Positions 1 to 12,269 of a DNA stretch of 64,000 bases are shown piece after piece. The position numbers and the translations under genes are program-made. Source of the DNA: Raja brachyura (lineage: Eukaryota); NCBI GenBank assembly GCA_963514005.1, contig OY740807.1, forward strand, positions 29,140,001-29,204,000, written 5' to 3'. Position 1 is the stretch's first letter; each line of letters begins with the position of its first letter. The notes beneath the pieces are model-generated. The model saw nothing but the letters and a program-made list of their open reading frames with translations, searched no databases and was not told the origin of the DNA.

Positions 1-696
1 CTGGGGTTATGGGTGAAAATCCATCAAAATGGATAATTGTGAAGTAATGCAGATTCATAGCCGAGTGATGAGGAATGATCTTAAACAGGACGTAGAGTCG
101 AAACCCCTTGAAACTAATACTTGTTCACTGTTCAATTACAGATGAAATAATGATTGAGGCTGGAAGTTCTCTGGATGCAGAAAGCAACTGAAATAACTTG
201 TATCCTTATCAACATTAAATCGCCACTAGCATGTTGAGTTGATGTCTGTATTATTCATAACATGGGCACATCTGAAAATACATTCTTTTTCCATGCACAT
301 TGATGGGTTATTATCCACTCTTCCCCATATTTCTGTTCCCCATTGTGTAGTAACGTAGCAAAACAAAGGTGACAATGAAATGTATTCAGATTTCAGTGGG
401 CCAAATAAAGATTAAGCCAAGACCGTTTCCACTGAACAGAAGGTTAATTTCAGCAGGAAATGTTTGCAGACAATACAGATATTTCTAAAGACCATTACAC
501 TTTTAGCTTTTATGACAATTTTCAATGCAACCAACGGAATGGGGACTTGTATCTCATTAATTATCTGTCTATGGCTTGTAACGCATAGTCAGTTGTTTCT
601 TAATCTAACCAGGATGGTCTGGACTGGTTAGCCATCTGCTAAAAATATCAGTTTCATTATTTAAAAAATTTGGAAAACTGATCTGCATCATTGCAT

Positions 697-702
697 TTTA
701 TT
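697..702 (-). terminator. Candidate polyadenylation signal of gene A
   Basis: AATAAA on the - strand about 195 nt after the stop codon; AT-rich context lowers specificity. Confidence 0.45.
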
Positions 703-896
703 TTATGAATAAATTTAGGTAAAAGAGAAACATTTCCCAGAGGTGTAAGTTTAAATAAGAATCACAAAAAAGATTTTTAGAATTAGATACACAAAAAGTG
801 AAAGGCTAGGTTTTCTGAACAACGTTTTTTTAATCCATGGAAACACCACTGGCATTAAAAACAAAGCACATGAAAAATCTAGGCAGCATCACAAAG

Positions 897-1645
897 TTAC
901 TTTATACGACATGGACTAATCAAATGTCCTAGGAAAGTAGATGCCTTAGTAATGCCATTGCAGTCATCTTTTATCTCCAACCAGACTTTGTCGCCATGAT
1001 TCAAGCCTATAATTAAGCTGGCAGATGCAACTTCATAGTAGGAATTAAAAGACTGGAAGGTGCTCCACACAATAGCACCGTTTACTTTGAAAACTACATA
1101 TGCATTCATCGTGTAGATTTGGAAGATGTATGTAAAGCGATACACACCAGATATCCTACAAAGGAAAATGCCTGAGCTAGCCTGGAAATCCCCATCTCCA
1201 TTGTAGATTAATCTCTGCCAAGCAATTGGTACACCAACTGAGGTATCACTCGTGCCAAGTGCAACTGAAAATGCAGATGTTAGTGCAACAGCATTAGCCC
1301 CAGCCATTCCCATTGCTCCAGTATCACCTTTTGGACCCCTGAGTCCCTGAGGCCCCATTGGTCCCATACGTCCCCTTTGCCCTGTTTCGCCACGAACTCC
1401 TTTGCGGCCTGGTTGCCCATTGTGTCCGTTCATACCTCTCCGACCCGGAAAACCCATTGCACCCCGTGAACCAGTCCATCCGGGCATGCCAGCTGCTCCA
1501 GGAGCACCCCTTGCGCCTGTCTTTCCCGGCATTCCATTGGAACCTCTCCAGCCCATTGGTCCAGGTTGCCCATCGTCACCTTTAGCACCGCGTGCTCCGG
1601 TTGCGCCTTGTGGACCTTTAGGACCTCGTGGTCCAATATAAATAG
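897..1645 (-). CDS. Gene A last coding exon: 38 Gly-X-Y collagen triplets plus C1q globular domain
   Basis: ORF 897..1556 extends in frame to the acceptor (t)9acag at 1646. Reads (A)IYIGPRGPKGPQ...GAN, then C1q motifs SAFSV, YNGDGDF, FLCRISGVYRF, LNHGDKVWL, STFLGHLI; TAA at 897-899. Confidence 0.93.
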
Positions 1646-2097
1646 CTGTAAAAAAAAATTGTGTCTAGTTACAAATTGCTGAGATTCATAGATGTCACTT
1701 GACTATTTGCAAAAGGTGAAGTTCACAATAATATATATCATAGCCACTTTAATTCTCCATAGATGTGGTACAAAGTTTTAATTGAGAGATTTCACATCAC
1801 TTTTCTCACTCTAATCATAGATGACACATACTTGTTCCAAATGACCCTCTTAGGTGTTGAAAGAAAGCCGACAGAACTTTGAAAGTATTCACAAAGAATC
1901 TTCCAAATATTCCTCCTATCTATGCATGGAGACTCCTCTCTCCAACAACATTCCCCCATCATACATTGCCCATCTTCTATCCATGTTACATCCTCTCCTA
2001 CAGCAAATCTTAACTGTTGATGATGTGCACTAGTCCACCAGCTCCCTGAAAGTAGCAACACAAATAGATAGAATGGGATATATACATATACATCAAA

Positions 2098-3170
2098 TAT
2101 ACATCAATGATCTAGATGATGGGGTGGAAAATTGGATAAGTAAGTATGCAGATGATACTAAGATTGGTGGTGTTGTGGATAATGAAGTAGATTTTCAAAG
2201 CCTACAGAGAGATTTGGGCCATTTGGAAGAGTGGGCTGAAAGATGGCAGATGGAGTTTAATGCTGATAAGTGTGAGGTGCTACATCTTGGCAGGACAAAT
2301 CAAAATAGGACGTACATGGTAAATGGTAGGGAATTGAGGAATGCTGTGGAACAGAGGGATCTAGGAATAACTGTGCATAGTTCCCTGAAGGTGGAATCGC
2401 ATGTAGAATGGGTGGTATAGAAAGCTTTTGGTGTGCTGGCCTTTATAAATCAGAGCATTGAATATAGGAGTAGGGAAGTAATGTTAAAATTGTTCAAGGC
2501 ATTGGTGAGACCAATTCTGGAGTACAATTTTGGTCGCCTAATTATAGGAAGGATGTCAACAAAATAACCATATAACCTTCTCGGCCCTTCCAGTCCGTGC
2601 CGACCATTTATTTTCCCCTAATCCCATCTACCTGCACTCAGACCATACCCCTCCATTCCCTTCCCATCCATATCTATCCACTTTACTTTTAAATGTTAAA
2701 ATCGATCCTGCCTCCACCACTTCTGCAGGAAGATCATTCCACACAGCCACCACTCTCTGAGTAAAGAAGTTCCCCCTCATGTTACCCCTAAACTTCTGTC
2801 CCTTAATTCTCAAGTCATGCCCTCTTGTTTGAATCTTCCCTACCCTCAATGGGAAAAGCTTATCCACGTCAACTCTGATTATCTGTTTCATCATTTTAAA
2901 GACTTCAATCAAGTTCCCCCTTAACCTTCTGCGCTCCAAAGAATAAAGACCTAACTTGTTCAACCTTTCTCTGTAACTTAGTTGCTGGAACCCAGGCAAC
3001 ATTCTAGTAAATCTCCTCTATTTTCTCTCCAAGACTGGATGGGAAGGGAATGGAGGGGTATGGTCTGAGTGCAGGTAGATGGGACTAGGGGAAAATAAAT
3101 GGCCGTTAAGGACTGGAAGGGCTGAGAAGGCCTGTTTCCGTGCTGTAATTGTTATATGGTTATATGACTA
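2098..3170. mobile_element. Young 5'-truncated CR1 LINE with an inverted 3' part, nested in an older CR1
   Basis: + strand RT fragment (KYADDTK) 2098-2564, - strand 3' end 2565-3030, second + strand tail 3036-3170; nearly identical to 27683-28660. Confidence 0.85.
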
Positions 3171-3660
3171 TATGATATAACTTGCTTGTAAAGATGGAAT
3201 ATAAAGATGGGATATAACTTGCTTGTCTTCAACAGTTAGGATTGGTATAAAAGTCAGAAAGTCATGTTACAGGTGGATAAAACTAGGGTCAGGCTGCATT
3301 TGAAGTATTGCGGAGCTCTGGTTGTTGCATTACAGAAAGGATGTGCAGGCTTTGGCAAAGATGTAGAAGAGGCTTATCAGCATGTTGCCTGGATTGGAGT
3401 GTGTTCCGTATACGGAGAGGATGGATAAACCTGGATTGGTTTCTCAGGAGCAAGGGTGTCCGAAGGGTGACCTTGCATAACATTATGAGTGGCATAGATA
3501 GAGTAGACAGAGTCTTATTCCCAGCATGGAATGTCAAATACTAGACGGGATAGGGGGAATGGGGGAACGTTTTTTTACACAGGGAATGTAAGTGCCAGGA
3601 ACACACTGACAGGGAAGTGGCAGTCACATATATGATAACAACATTTAAAAAGCATTTCAA
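3171..3660 (+). mobile_element. Old decayed CR1 LINE fragment (continues from about 2040-2080)
   Basis: Degenerate CR1 ORF2 C-terminal sequence; close match to 9380-9900. Confidence 0.75.
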
Positions 3661-4887
3661 ACAGAACAAGAAGTGAAAATGTGTAACTGATGGGCTTTAG
3701 CTATACCAGAATACCTGCTGTATCATTCAAATAAAGGACCAGATTTTGTTGAACTAATCACCCACTTGAAATCATTACAATGAAAACATTGAAATCATCT
3801 TCTGCACATACTTCCCTGGATGTGGAGGGTCAGCCTTGCAGACCCAACGTTTCACAGACTCCAGCACCATGTTCTGAATGGTATCAATGCCAGCTAAGGC
3901 GCTGGTACGTCACAAAGGTCATCCCCAGTTTTCATTGTCAAACTGAGTGTCATTCAATAGATTTCATGTCTCTTATATTGAAGGACATTTAGAGATATCA
4001 AAAGTGAAATATATATTTAAAACATTGAAAATAATAGTTAAATATAAACCACAGAAACAAGTAAATAATTAAATATGTTAAACCAAAACAAAGTAATTGA
4101 AAAGTAAGGTACTTACATTCCCCTTGCTTCATATCTGCAGCGCTATATCTCTATTGCATTTAATGCATTGTGGATCGTGTGTGTGATCAGAAAGGCTGTT
4201 CCCAGCCTAAACGCTCAGGAATCTCAGCAGGTTCAGGCTGTGCCACTGGACTTCACTCAGAGTCCATCAGCAGAACGCACTGCACCAATTGCCATTCAAA
4301 GTCTGTCAGCAATTCTGTGACTGACAGCCTAGTTTGCATCTTGCTTCCAATTACGAGCAAGATCAAGTTTATTTGCTGGGGAATTCTCCTAGCCTCTCAA
4401 CCATAGGATGGTTTGAGTGATCCAAACCAATTGAAAAGAGGGGGTGATATCAGTGGCATATTGATTGTGCTCTTGCATATCCACTGATATATGAGCATGC
4501 TTTCAAAGAAATGTACTTGGAAGTGGTGATGGTACTTGGGCTTCAACAAACCCATTTTTCATTTGTTTTCATGTTTGTCACTGTCTCCTTGAGGAATGAA
4601 AGATGCATCCCTGTTCCTTCATTGCAGTGCAAGGAGTTTTACTAATATCCACTCACTGGCTGCAAGTGAGATGGTTGTTGTTCCCAGTGAGCCAAAATGC
4701 AAAGTTAGCATCGGCTCAATCAAACCTGCAAATGATTTAGCGGGAAACCAGTTCGAATATTTTACCCGTTTGAAAAGACGTTTCATTCTCCTTCATTGAT
4801 TTAAAATAGGAAAGGTTGTTGGACTAAGATATAATAATTCATTTCCTGGAGCACTCAGAGGTCAGCCCTTATATTAAAAGATCTTAC

Positions 4888-5049
4888 CAATACAATAGGG
4901 TGCTGGAAATTGCCAGCGACAGTTTGGCATGCAGACTGATCTTCTATTGCCGACCATTGCATATCCGCGATTACAGGAATAGTAGGCGACCCTTCCAATT
5001 ATCTTGCTTGATCCATGTTTTGGAGTTGCCGGTTGGCCACAAGGGGTGC
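4888..5049 (-). CDS. Gene A sushi/CCP exon (162 nt, phase 1-1), missed by the ORF track
   Basis: Acceptor ttttcccag, donor gtaagat. Translates (S)TPCGQPATPKHGSSKIIGRVAYYSCNRGYAMVGNRRSVCMPNCRWQFPAPYCI, the CCP pattern C..P..HG..Y.C..GY...G....C.....W....P.C, in frame with both neighbouring exons. Confidence 0.9.
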
Positions 5050-5169
5050 CTGGGAAAATATGAAAACAAAACGTTGAGTATTAAAAGTATCAGATTATGG
5101 AAGTGTATATTGTGATTCCATCATTAAAGTCATATCCTGAATAGATTGATTATTTAAAGTAAAGTATAA

Positions 5170-6105
5170 TACTTTAGTCAGAGGGTGGTGAACCTGTGGA
5201 ATTATTTGCCACAGAAGGCTGCAGAGGCCAAGTCAGTGGATATTTTTAAGGCAGAGATAGATAGACTATTGATTAGTACAGTTGTCAGAGGTTATGGGGA
5301 GAAGGCAGGAGAATGGGGTTGTAGACAATAGACAATAGGTGCAAGAGTAGGCCATTCTGCCATTCGAGCCAGCACCGCCATTCAATGTGATCATGGTTGA
5401 TCATCCCTAATCCGTACCCTGTTCCTGCCTTCTCTCCATATCCCCTGACTCTGCTATCTTGAAGAGCCCTATTTTACTCTCTCTTGAAAGCATCCAGAGA
5501 ACCTGCCTCCACCGCCCTCTGAGGCAGATAATTCCACAGACTCACCACTCTCTGTGAGAAAAAGTGTTTCCTTGTCTCCGTTCTAAATGACTTACTCCTT
5601 ATTCTTAAACTGTGGCCCCTGGTTCTGGACCCCCAACACCGGGAACATGTTTCCTGCCTCTAGCTTGTCCAAACCCTTAACAATGTTATATGTTTCAATG
5701 AGATGCCCTCTCATCCTTCTAAACTCCAGAGTGTACAAGCCCAGCTGCTCCATTCTCTCAGCATATGACAGTCCCGCCATCCCGGGAATTAACCTTGTAA
5801 ACCTACACTGCACTCCCTCAATAGGAAGAATGTCCTTCCTCAAATTAGGGGACCAAAACTGTACACAATACTCCAGGTGTGCTCTCACTAGGCTCTGTAC
5901 AACTGCAGAAGGACGTCTTTGCTCCTATATTCGATTCCTGTTGTTATAAAGGCTAACATGCTATTCGCTTTCTTCACTGCCTGCTGTACTTTCACAGACT
6001 GCATTAGGAGGGAGAGATACAGTAGATCAGCCATGATTGAATGGCGGAGTAGACTTGATGGGCCAAATAGCCTAATTCTACTCCTATACCTTCTGAACTT
6101 ATGAC
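5170..6105. mobile_element. Nested CR1/HER1 3' fragments: + copy split by a - copy at about 5321-6000
   Basis: HLEYCVQFWSP...[12 protein letters not shown] on the - strand with its (agacaat)n tail; + strand 3' UTR resumes near 6004. Confidence 0.8.
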
Positions 6106-6516
6106 CTTTGGCAAGACGAGAATGATTTTGTTAATACCTCTCAAACATTCACATATCAGCAGGGAATAACATCACCACCTCTAAGTCATGCCTTATCTTT
6201 ACTGAGACAAAAATTGCAGCTCGTCCTTTATCACTGGATCAATGTGGGGAAACCTCCTTCCTGATGGCACTCAATGAGCTTTGAGCAATAACTGAACATT
6301 GTATTCTGTCAAAAAAAAGCTACCAAAAATCAGTCCTTTGGGACAAAAAAACACGTTCCCTAAAAATGCAGCCCCAGCTTTCCAAGGAGCAAAATTACAT
6401 TTTAATTCAACAAGCATTTTTCTCGGGTATGAAATTTATTCTCCGACCTCTTCTTCCAGGGTCCAGTCAAAAACTGGATGAAAACTTACACTCTAAGGAA
6501 TTGTAATTTTATCGCC

Positions 6517-6566
6517 ATGTTTCCAGATCGTAGAAAATACGATGTTTCCAGATCGTAGAAAATATG
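6517..6566 (+). repeat. 25-bp tandem duplication
   Basis: atgtttccagatcgtagaaaata(c/t)g twice. Confidence 0.9.
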
Positions 6567-7049
6567 ATCTTGAAACTCTAATGCAGTGAGTAGGCAAGAG
6601 AGATGAAATCCCAATGTTGTAATCTTGGCTCTTGTCAGTTTGACCTACTCTCTGCCTTGTGGTGGCTATGCATATCCTGTGGAATTATGGGTCTGTGCAA
6701 CCGCATAATTATTCACTTGCAAAGGATAAAGCTCAGCTCAAAGGGGAAATAAGAAACATAGATTGGAAAAAAGCTTTATTCAATTATGTAAAATGTGAGA
6801 TGTATAGAATAAAATGTGGCATGTATTCAAATGAAGGATGGTCACAAAGAAGCTTGGTTCTATGAATCCCTTTCATTACACACGTGTGTTCATTGTATGG
6901 GACAGGAAACTATGTTTAAAATAATTGAACCATTCCTGGAGCATGCCGTACAAGGGTTTTATAATGTCAATTTTTTTAACATTTAATCCAAGCATTTAGT
7001 AACACATTCTTCTCATAGTTAATTGTAGTAAAATTGTTTCTGAACTCAC

Positions 7050-7105
7050 TGTAATCTCTTTTTTGAAGTCCCTGTTGGTTGGCACCAGACTCGAGTAGAG
7101 CGGAG
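7050..7105 (-). CDS. Gene A pro-region exon ending LQKRDY (56 nt, phase 2-1)
   Basis: Acceptor cttttattttatcag, donor gtgagt. Reads SALLESGANQQGLQKRDY; same length, phases and LQKRD motif as gene B exon 35219-35274. Confidence 0.85.
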
Positions 7106-7925
7106 CTGATAAAATAAAAGATGGAAATAAACGACATAGTTCTGAAAATATTTTTGATCATATTTAGTAGACCGATAGTTCAGGTTTGGAGGAACAGAAA
7201 GAATGCAGCCTCAGGTTTTGGGACGAAGTGGGCTTGCTGCCATTGCAGGCAACCAAAGCGAGATGGATGAAATGAAACAAAAAAGGTAGAACCCACAGAA
7301 AAAGGGAAACTTAATTGCAGGAAACATTGTTTCTTCTGGTACACAAACAGTCACAGAAAAAGGGAAGTATGAACATTGATTATCTTATATTGAATTAATA
7401 ATTCAATTAATCCCCCTTAATTTAAAATCATTTAGAATAAACTATGTTATTTAGAAGTGCCATCACAGACCATTAGGAAAGCATTAATAAGATTGGACTA
7501 AATGGGTTTTTGATAGGCCAATTGTCTTTAATAAACCTATTGGAGTTTTTAACGAGTACGTAACAAGGAAAATAGTTGACATAGAACCCTCAGATGTACC
7601 ATAATAAACTTTCAGAATGCGTTAATAAGAGGATTGTGTGCAATATTCTTTCATTCTTCAGTACCTCAGTAAATATTATATGTTTATCCAGCCCAAATTC
7701 TCCTTGTCTCAATTGTGCGTTGTTATCATGAAACTAATTTGTTTTTAAATTGTTCATGGAATATGGATGTCGCTGGCAAGATTGCCCATAACATTTTATC
7801 TAAAATTGCCCATGGACAGGATGGCTTGTTAGGCCACTTCAAAGAGCAGCTAAACAAATGGTGAATGTACTCATTTACAGACAGCTCTGTGTGGCAGCAG
7901 TTTATTCAAGGAAGTGCCTACTAGT

Positions 7926-8139
7926 TGAAGGTATACACAAAATGCTGGAATAACTCAGTGGGACAGGTAACATCTCTGGAGAGAAGGAATGGGAGACTTC
8001 TTCAGACCTTTCTTTGGGTCTCGACCCAAAACGTCACCCATTCCTTTTCTCCAGCGGTGCTGCCTAACCCGCTGAGTTACTCCAGCATTTTGTGTCTACC
8101 TTCAATTTAGACCAGCATCTGCAATTCATTCCTACACAT
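7926..8139. mobile_element. Penelope-derived foldback element with 13-bp target-site duplication
   Basis: Inverted arms ttgaaggtatacacaaaatgctgga / tccagcattttgtgtctaccttcaa; same sequence as the Penelope 3' end at 31268-31363; flanked by agt(g/a)cctactagt at 7913-7925 and 8140-8152. Confidence 0.75.
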
Positions 8140-8148
8140 AGTACCTAC

Positions 8149-8197
8149 TAGTCATTGTCTTGCAGGAGTGACCTCCCCACCAATTCAACACCAGAAC
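8149..8197 (-). CDS. Gene A candidate pro-region exon (49 nt, phase 1-2)
   Basis: Acceptor tttttggactctctttag, donor gtaggt. Reads (G)SGVELVGRSLLQDND(Y) and supplies the phase change needed between the 10447 and 7105 junctions; only weak similarity to gene B exon 33906-33978. Confidence 0.6.
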
Positions 8198-9029
8198 CTA
8201 AAGAGAGTCCAAAAATGTAGTGTGTCAGACAAGAATTATTCATGCATGGTAAGACATTATGCTTCTATGTCAATATGGAACAGCCTCATCAGTGGAAGGT
8301 GGATTACATTTAGTATTTCATTCAATTAAAATGGATTAGATTGCAAGATATAAAGCAATATATAGAATCAGGAAAATTAATTGAAGAGACAAAACACTCA
8401 GCTCTATCGTTCCTTCCTATTAATTCCTAAAACTTAAGCTAACATTATTTTCTGAAAGATGAATTGCCATGGTGACTACACCAGAAAGCTGTTGGAACCC
8501 TCAATTATTAATTTGCAATTAACTTTCTCAGCAAATACAATTACGCACAGAAGGTAAATATCCTCTTTGTTTTGTGGGAGAAAACGTTTAAAATCCATAA
8601 TAGGAGTGTACAAAATTAAAAATGTTTTATAACATCAAAATATTTCTTGATAGCACAGAATGTTACAGGGTCTAATCAAGTAGAGTTTTATATGTACTTT
8701 AGGCAATGTTGTAATATTAAAAACAAATAAATATCATTCCTTGTTCAATATCCTTTTTTAAATAATTACACCTACTTTGCGTACATTTGATTTCTGTACC
8801 AATATGAAATGTGGTGCTGTGTAAGTAGCAAACATAACACGTACAGACATTAAGATTAATGATCACATGCAGGGTTTTACTTGGAAATCTGCCAGTTAAA
8901 GTCAATGAGATCACCAGTAAGGTTTCTGATTCATTAATTAGTATCAAGCGAAGACATCCTCCCATCAGATCCCAAAGAATGAGCTAACGAAGGTTTCGGG
9001 CTCATTGGTGCACAACAGTGCTAGTCTAT

Positions 9030-10020
9030 AACTGACTCAGAGTCTTGGCCATAGACAGAGGGTTGTTAATCTGACTGGACATCTGGGACCGATGGTGTTC
9101 TTCAGGGATCACTCTGTTCTTTGTGATGTATATGAATGATTTGGTTGAAAATATATGTGGTTTAAATTACTAAATTTGCAGATAAGAATTAAAACAAATG
9201 CCCGAGTTGTGGATAGTGAGGAAGGTTGTCAAAGGATTTAGCATTACAAGGGAATAATGACGTTTAATCTAAATGTATGCGAGATGTTGCATTTTGAGTG
9301 GTCAAATGTAAGAGTAAAGTATACAGTAAATGACAGGACCCTTAGGAGCACTGATGTACAGAGGGATCTTGGGGTTCAAGTCCATGGCTCCCTGAAAGTG
9401 GCAACGCAAATAGATAGGATGGTAAAGATGGGATATAACATGCTTAGGATTGATATAAAAGTCAGAAAGCCATGTTACAGATGGATAAAACTGCGGTCAG
9501 GCTGCATTTGAAGTATTGCTGAGCTCTGGTTGTCTCTTTACAGAAAGGATTTGGCAAGGATGTAGAAGAGGCTTATCAACATGTTGCCTGGATTGGAGTG
9601 TGTTAGGTATATGGAGAGGGTGGATAAACCTGGATTGGTTTATCAGGAGCAAGGGAGTCTGAAGGGTGACCTTGCATAAAATTATGAGTGGCATAGATAG
9701 GGTAGACAGAGTCTTCGTCCCAGCATGGAATGTGCAATACAAGACGGAATAGGTTTAAGGTGAAAGTGGGAAAGTTTAAAGGAGATGTGCAGGGCATATT
9801 TCCTTTACACGGGAAATGTAAGTGCCAGGAACACATTATCAGGGAAGTGACAGCCACATATATGATTACAACCTTTAAGAAGCATTTTGAACCGGCAGGG
9901 AATTGAGGGATATAGATCACGTGCAGGCAGTTGTGCAGTTTAGGCTGGCATCATGGTTAGCACAGACTTTAAAGACCAGACGGCCTGTTCCTGCATTGTA
10001 CGGTGCTATGCTCTATGATA
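9030..10020 (+). mobile_element. Old CR1 LINE 3' fragment
   Basis: Decayed RT C-terminus (QRDLGVQVHGSLKV) and ctatgctctatg tail. Confidence 0.8.
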
Positions 10021-10446
10021 AAATGCTCTAACGTGCCTGAGTAACATGCTGGCACATTTAATTTATTGGCTAGGTAATACATGAAACCAATGGCTAAAAT
10101 AAATTAGAAAAGTATCACTGTCCTCAGCTGTTCCACCTTACGTCTGGTGCATCAGGTACTGTTAACACAGGCACGCTCAGCAGCAACAAGCTACAAGGGC
10201 CCTTTCAGACACACACCTTACATAGCCACAACTAACCCAGAGTGACTGAGCTGATAATCAAGGATACAGTCTGAAAGGTCCCTCACGCATGCTGTATGTA
10301 CAGGAATCTCCAGCACTGATATTTAATTAGTCATTTATATTTGTGGGAAACCTTCATTACGGTGTAAATTACTGAAAGATAACCCCATCTCCTTACTCCC
10401 CAAAACAGAATGAGGCAGTGCAGAAGAGTTGGCCTCAGAGTCTTAC

Positions 10447-10519
10447 CTGCCAGAGATCCATGAAATTGACACAGGAAAAATCCTGTGAGGACTACACCCA
10501 GCACCCAAATAGGCGGCAT
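10447..10519 (-). CDS. Gene A first coding exon: signal peptide
   Basis: ttgtttctttcag|aATG, then MPPIWVLGVVLTGFFLCQFHGSLA-G|gtaaga; 73 coding nt, same layout as gene B 32508-32580. Confidence 0.88.
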
Positions 10520-10735
10520 TCTGAAAGAAACAAATGCATTTAGTACATGAGTCGGGCTGACAGTTTGGAAAATGGAGCTGAAAATAAAGGGAATTTAGCT
10601 GATTTGGGAATTAAGTAAACTTCAGACTATTTTAGACTCTACAGTTGCGGTTATGCATCCTACGCTACCGCTGCAACCAATTCCAAGTGAAAATTGACAA
10701 GTTCTTCAAGTTCTCAGCACAATTGGTTGCTGGCA

Positions 10736-10998
10736 CCCTGATTTTCAGTGTTGATATATGAAGGGCCTGACGTTTTTCAGAGAGTGATCTGGACATCCCC
10801 CAGACTGGGAGACAGACTGTCACTCACCTCAGGCTTTCAGAATCTCTCTGAACATGTTTCAGAAGCTCAGCCTTTTAAATAGACTAGCCCCTCCTTCAAT
10901 TTGCATAGCAGGTCCCTTTCTGGCTTGTCACTTCACGCAGTGAATTATATGGGTCCATACAATGCCAGGCACTGAACAGTATTAATCACTCTCTGTCA
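10736..10998 (-). promoter_or_regulatory. Gene A promoter, short non-coding exon 1 and start of intron 1
   Basis: On the - strand: octamer ATGCAAAT (10899-10906), TATTTAAAA (10873-10881), donor gag|gtgagt at 10828/10827. About 92% identical, inverted, to 31968-32228. Confidence 0.75.
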
Positions 10999-12269
10999 AC
11001 CTGCCTTAGACTGATCGTCCTTCTAATTCAAACCCCAGATTCTTTTATGACAAGAAATTTGTTTTGCGAGGAATCTTTTATAAGCAAAATGGTACATTTT
11101 GGACTGCTAACTAGCACCTTGGTAGTTCTTGCAGGAGGACTTGGATTCTTGGATGTTTTTTGTGAATTGGCTCATCTTTGACAAGGGAATTGGTGGTTGT
11201 GGAGTGTAGTGGAGTTATTACATAGCTGCTCATAAATTGGATGATGCAAGTATGTAGTTTGCTTGAAAATAATTAGATGGATTGGATCTCTGAATATGGA
11301 ACTGAAGTGAGTGCTGAAGTTAAAGACATTGTTATAATTTGCTCATCGTGTATGGATTTGTTGCACAAATTGTTTAACTTTAATCATAGTATAATAAAAT
11401 GCATCATAACAAGAACAATCTGCAATGCATAATTAGTTAGTACTTAAGCTTTTCTTAACACAAACTACTGAATCTAATCTCACACTCCTGATTAATCCTC
11501 ACTACATGATAAAACTTTCACCCAACTAAATATTAGGACTTCCAAAGCCATTGAGCACAGTCTTGCCATGTTCCATTCCTAGTAATCTCTATCTATCCCC
11601 CTGGCGTTTGTCTGACGCTGAACCAAATCATTCAGAACCTGTGTCTTAAGGTTGCTCTAAAATGCGCTGGCAACCAGATTATATGCCTTCATCAAGATTG
11701 CCAATTTCCTCCAGAACCTGACACCACTCTTGCCTCAATTCATCTGATGCTGATTCCTCCGATATTATGTTGGCCCATTGGGTTTGTCCATTGCTCTGCA
11801 CCACATTTGGTTGCCCACTTCCATGACCTTCCTCACACCAAACCACCAAATTCCTACAGCACTTTTTCTTTTTGTCCCACGCCAACCTGTTTTGCTAACA
11901 GCCCAGTTGGGCTTGCCCCCAGTTAAATAGCCCCTTGAATCTAGTATAATCTCTCTTAGTCTTAAATACTTATGTCACTTCATCCTCCTCCTTTTGTTCT
12001 AAAACTCCCAACTCTAAGATATCTGCACATGTCAAATTCTGTCCTCTTAAGCAACTCAATCTTAATCATGCCACCATTAAGGATTGTGACTTCCAATACC
12101 AGCACTGGAAAATCTAAAAGATTTTCTCTGAGTGACTTTACTTTTGTATCTATTTTTCTTCCTTTAGGATGATCCTGAAAAAAAATAATTTGTCCAGGTA
12201 TCTACTTGTATTGAGTACATGGTGTGTAAGTAATTCTGTTCTCTGATGTTCTTTCAACTCTTCTTGACT

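Noticed and set aside
1402-1641. Pro/Gly-rich + strand ORF (also 36653..36937 on -)
   Set aside because: Antisense shadows of Gly-X-Y codons in the real collagen exons.
897-1645. Naming the genes C1QA/B/C, OTOL1, ADIPOQ or a C1QTNF
   Set aside because: Those lack a sushi exon; no symbol is supportable without a search.
4117-4134. 18-nt frame-preserving micro-exon on - with a strong gtaagt donor
   Set aside because: Purine-rich acceptor and no counterpart in gene B.
8777-8817. Exon-like segment on - (acacag ... gtaggt)
   Set aside because: Ends in phase 0, incompatible with the phase-2 start of exon 7105.
10222-10291. Alternative phase-compatible exon for gene A (..DLSDCILDYQLSHSGLVVA)
   Set aside because: Poor polypyrimidine tract; 8149-8197 has better splice signals. 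Not fully excluded without RNA data.
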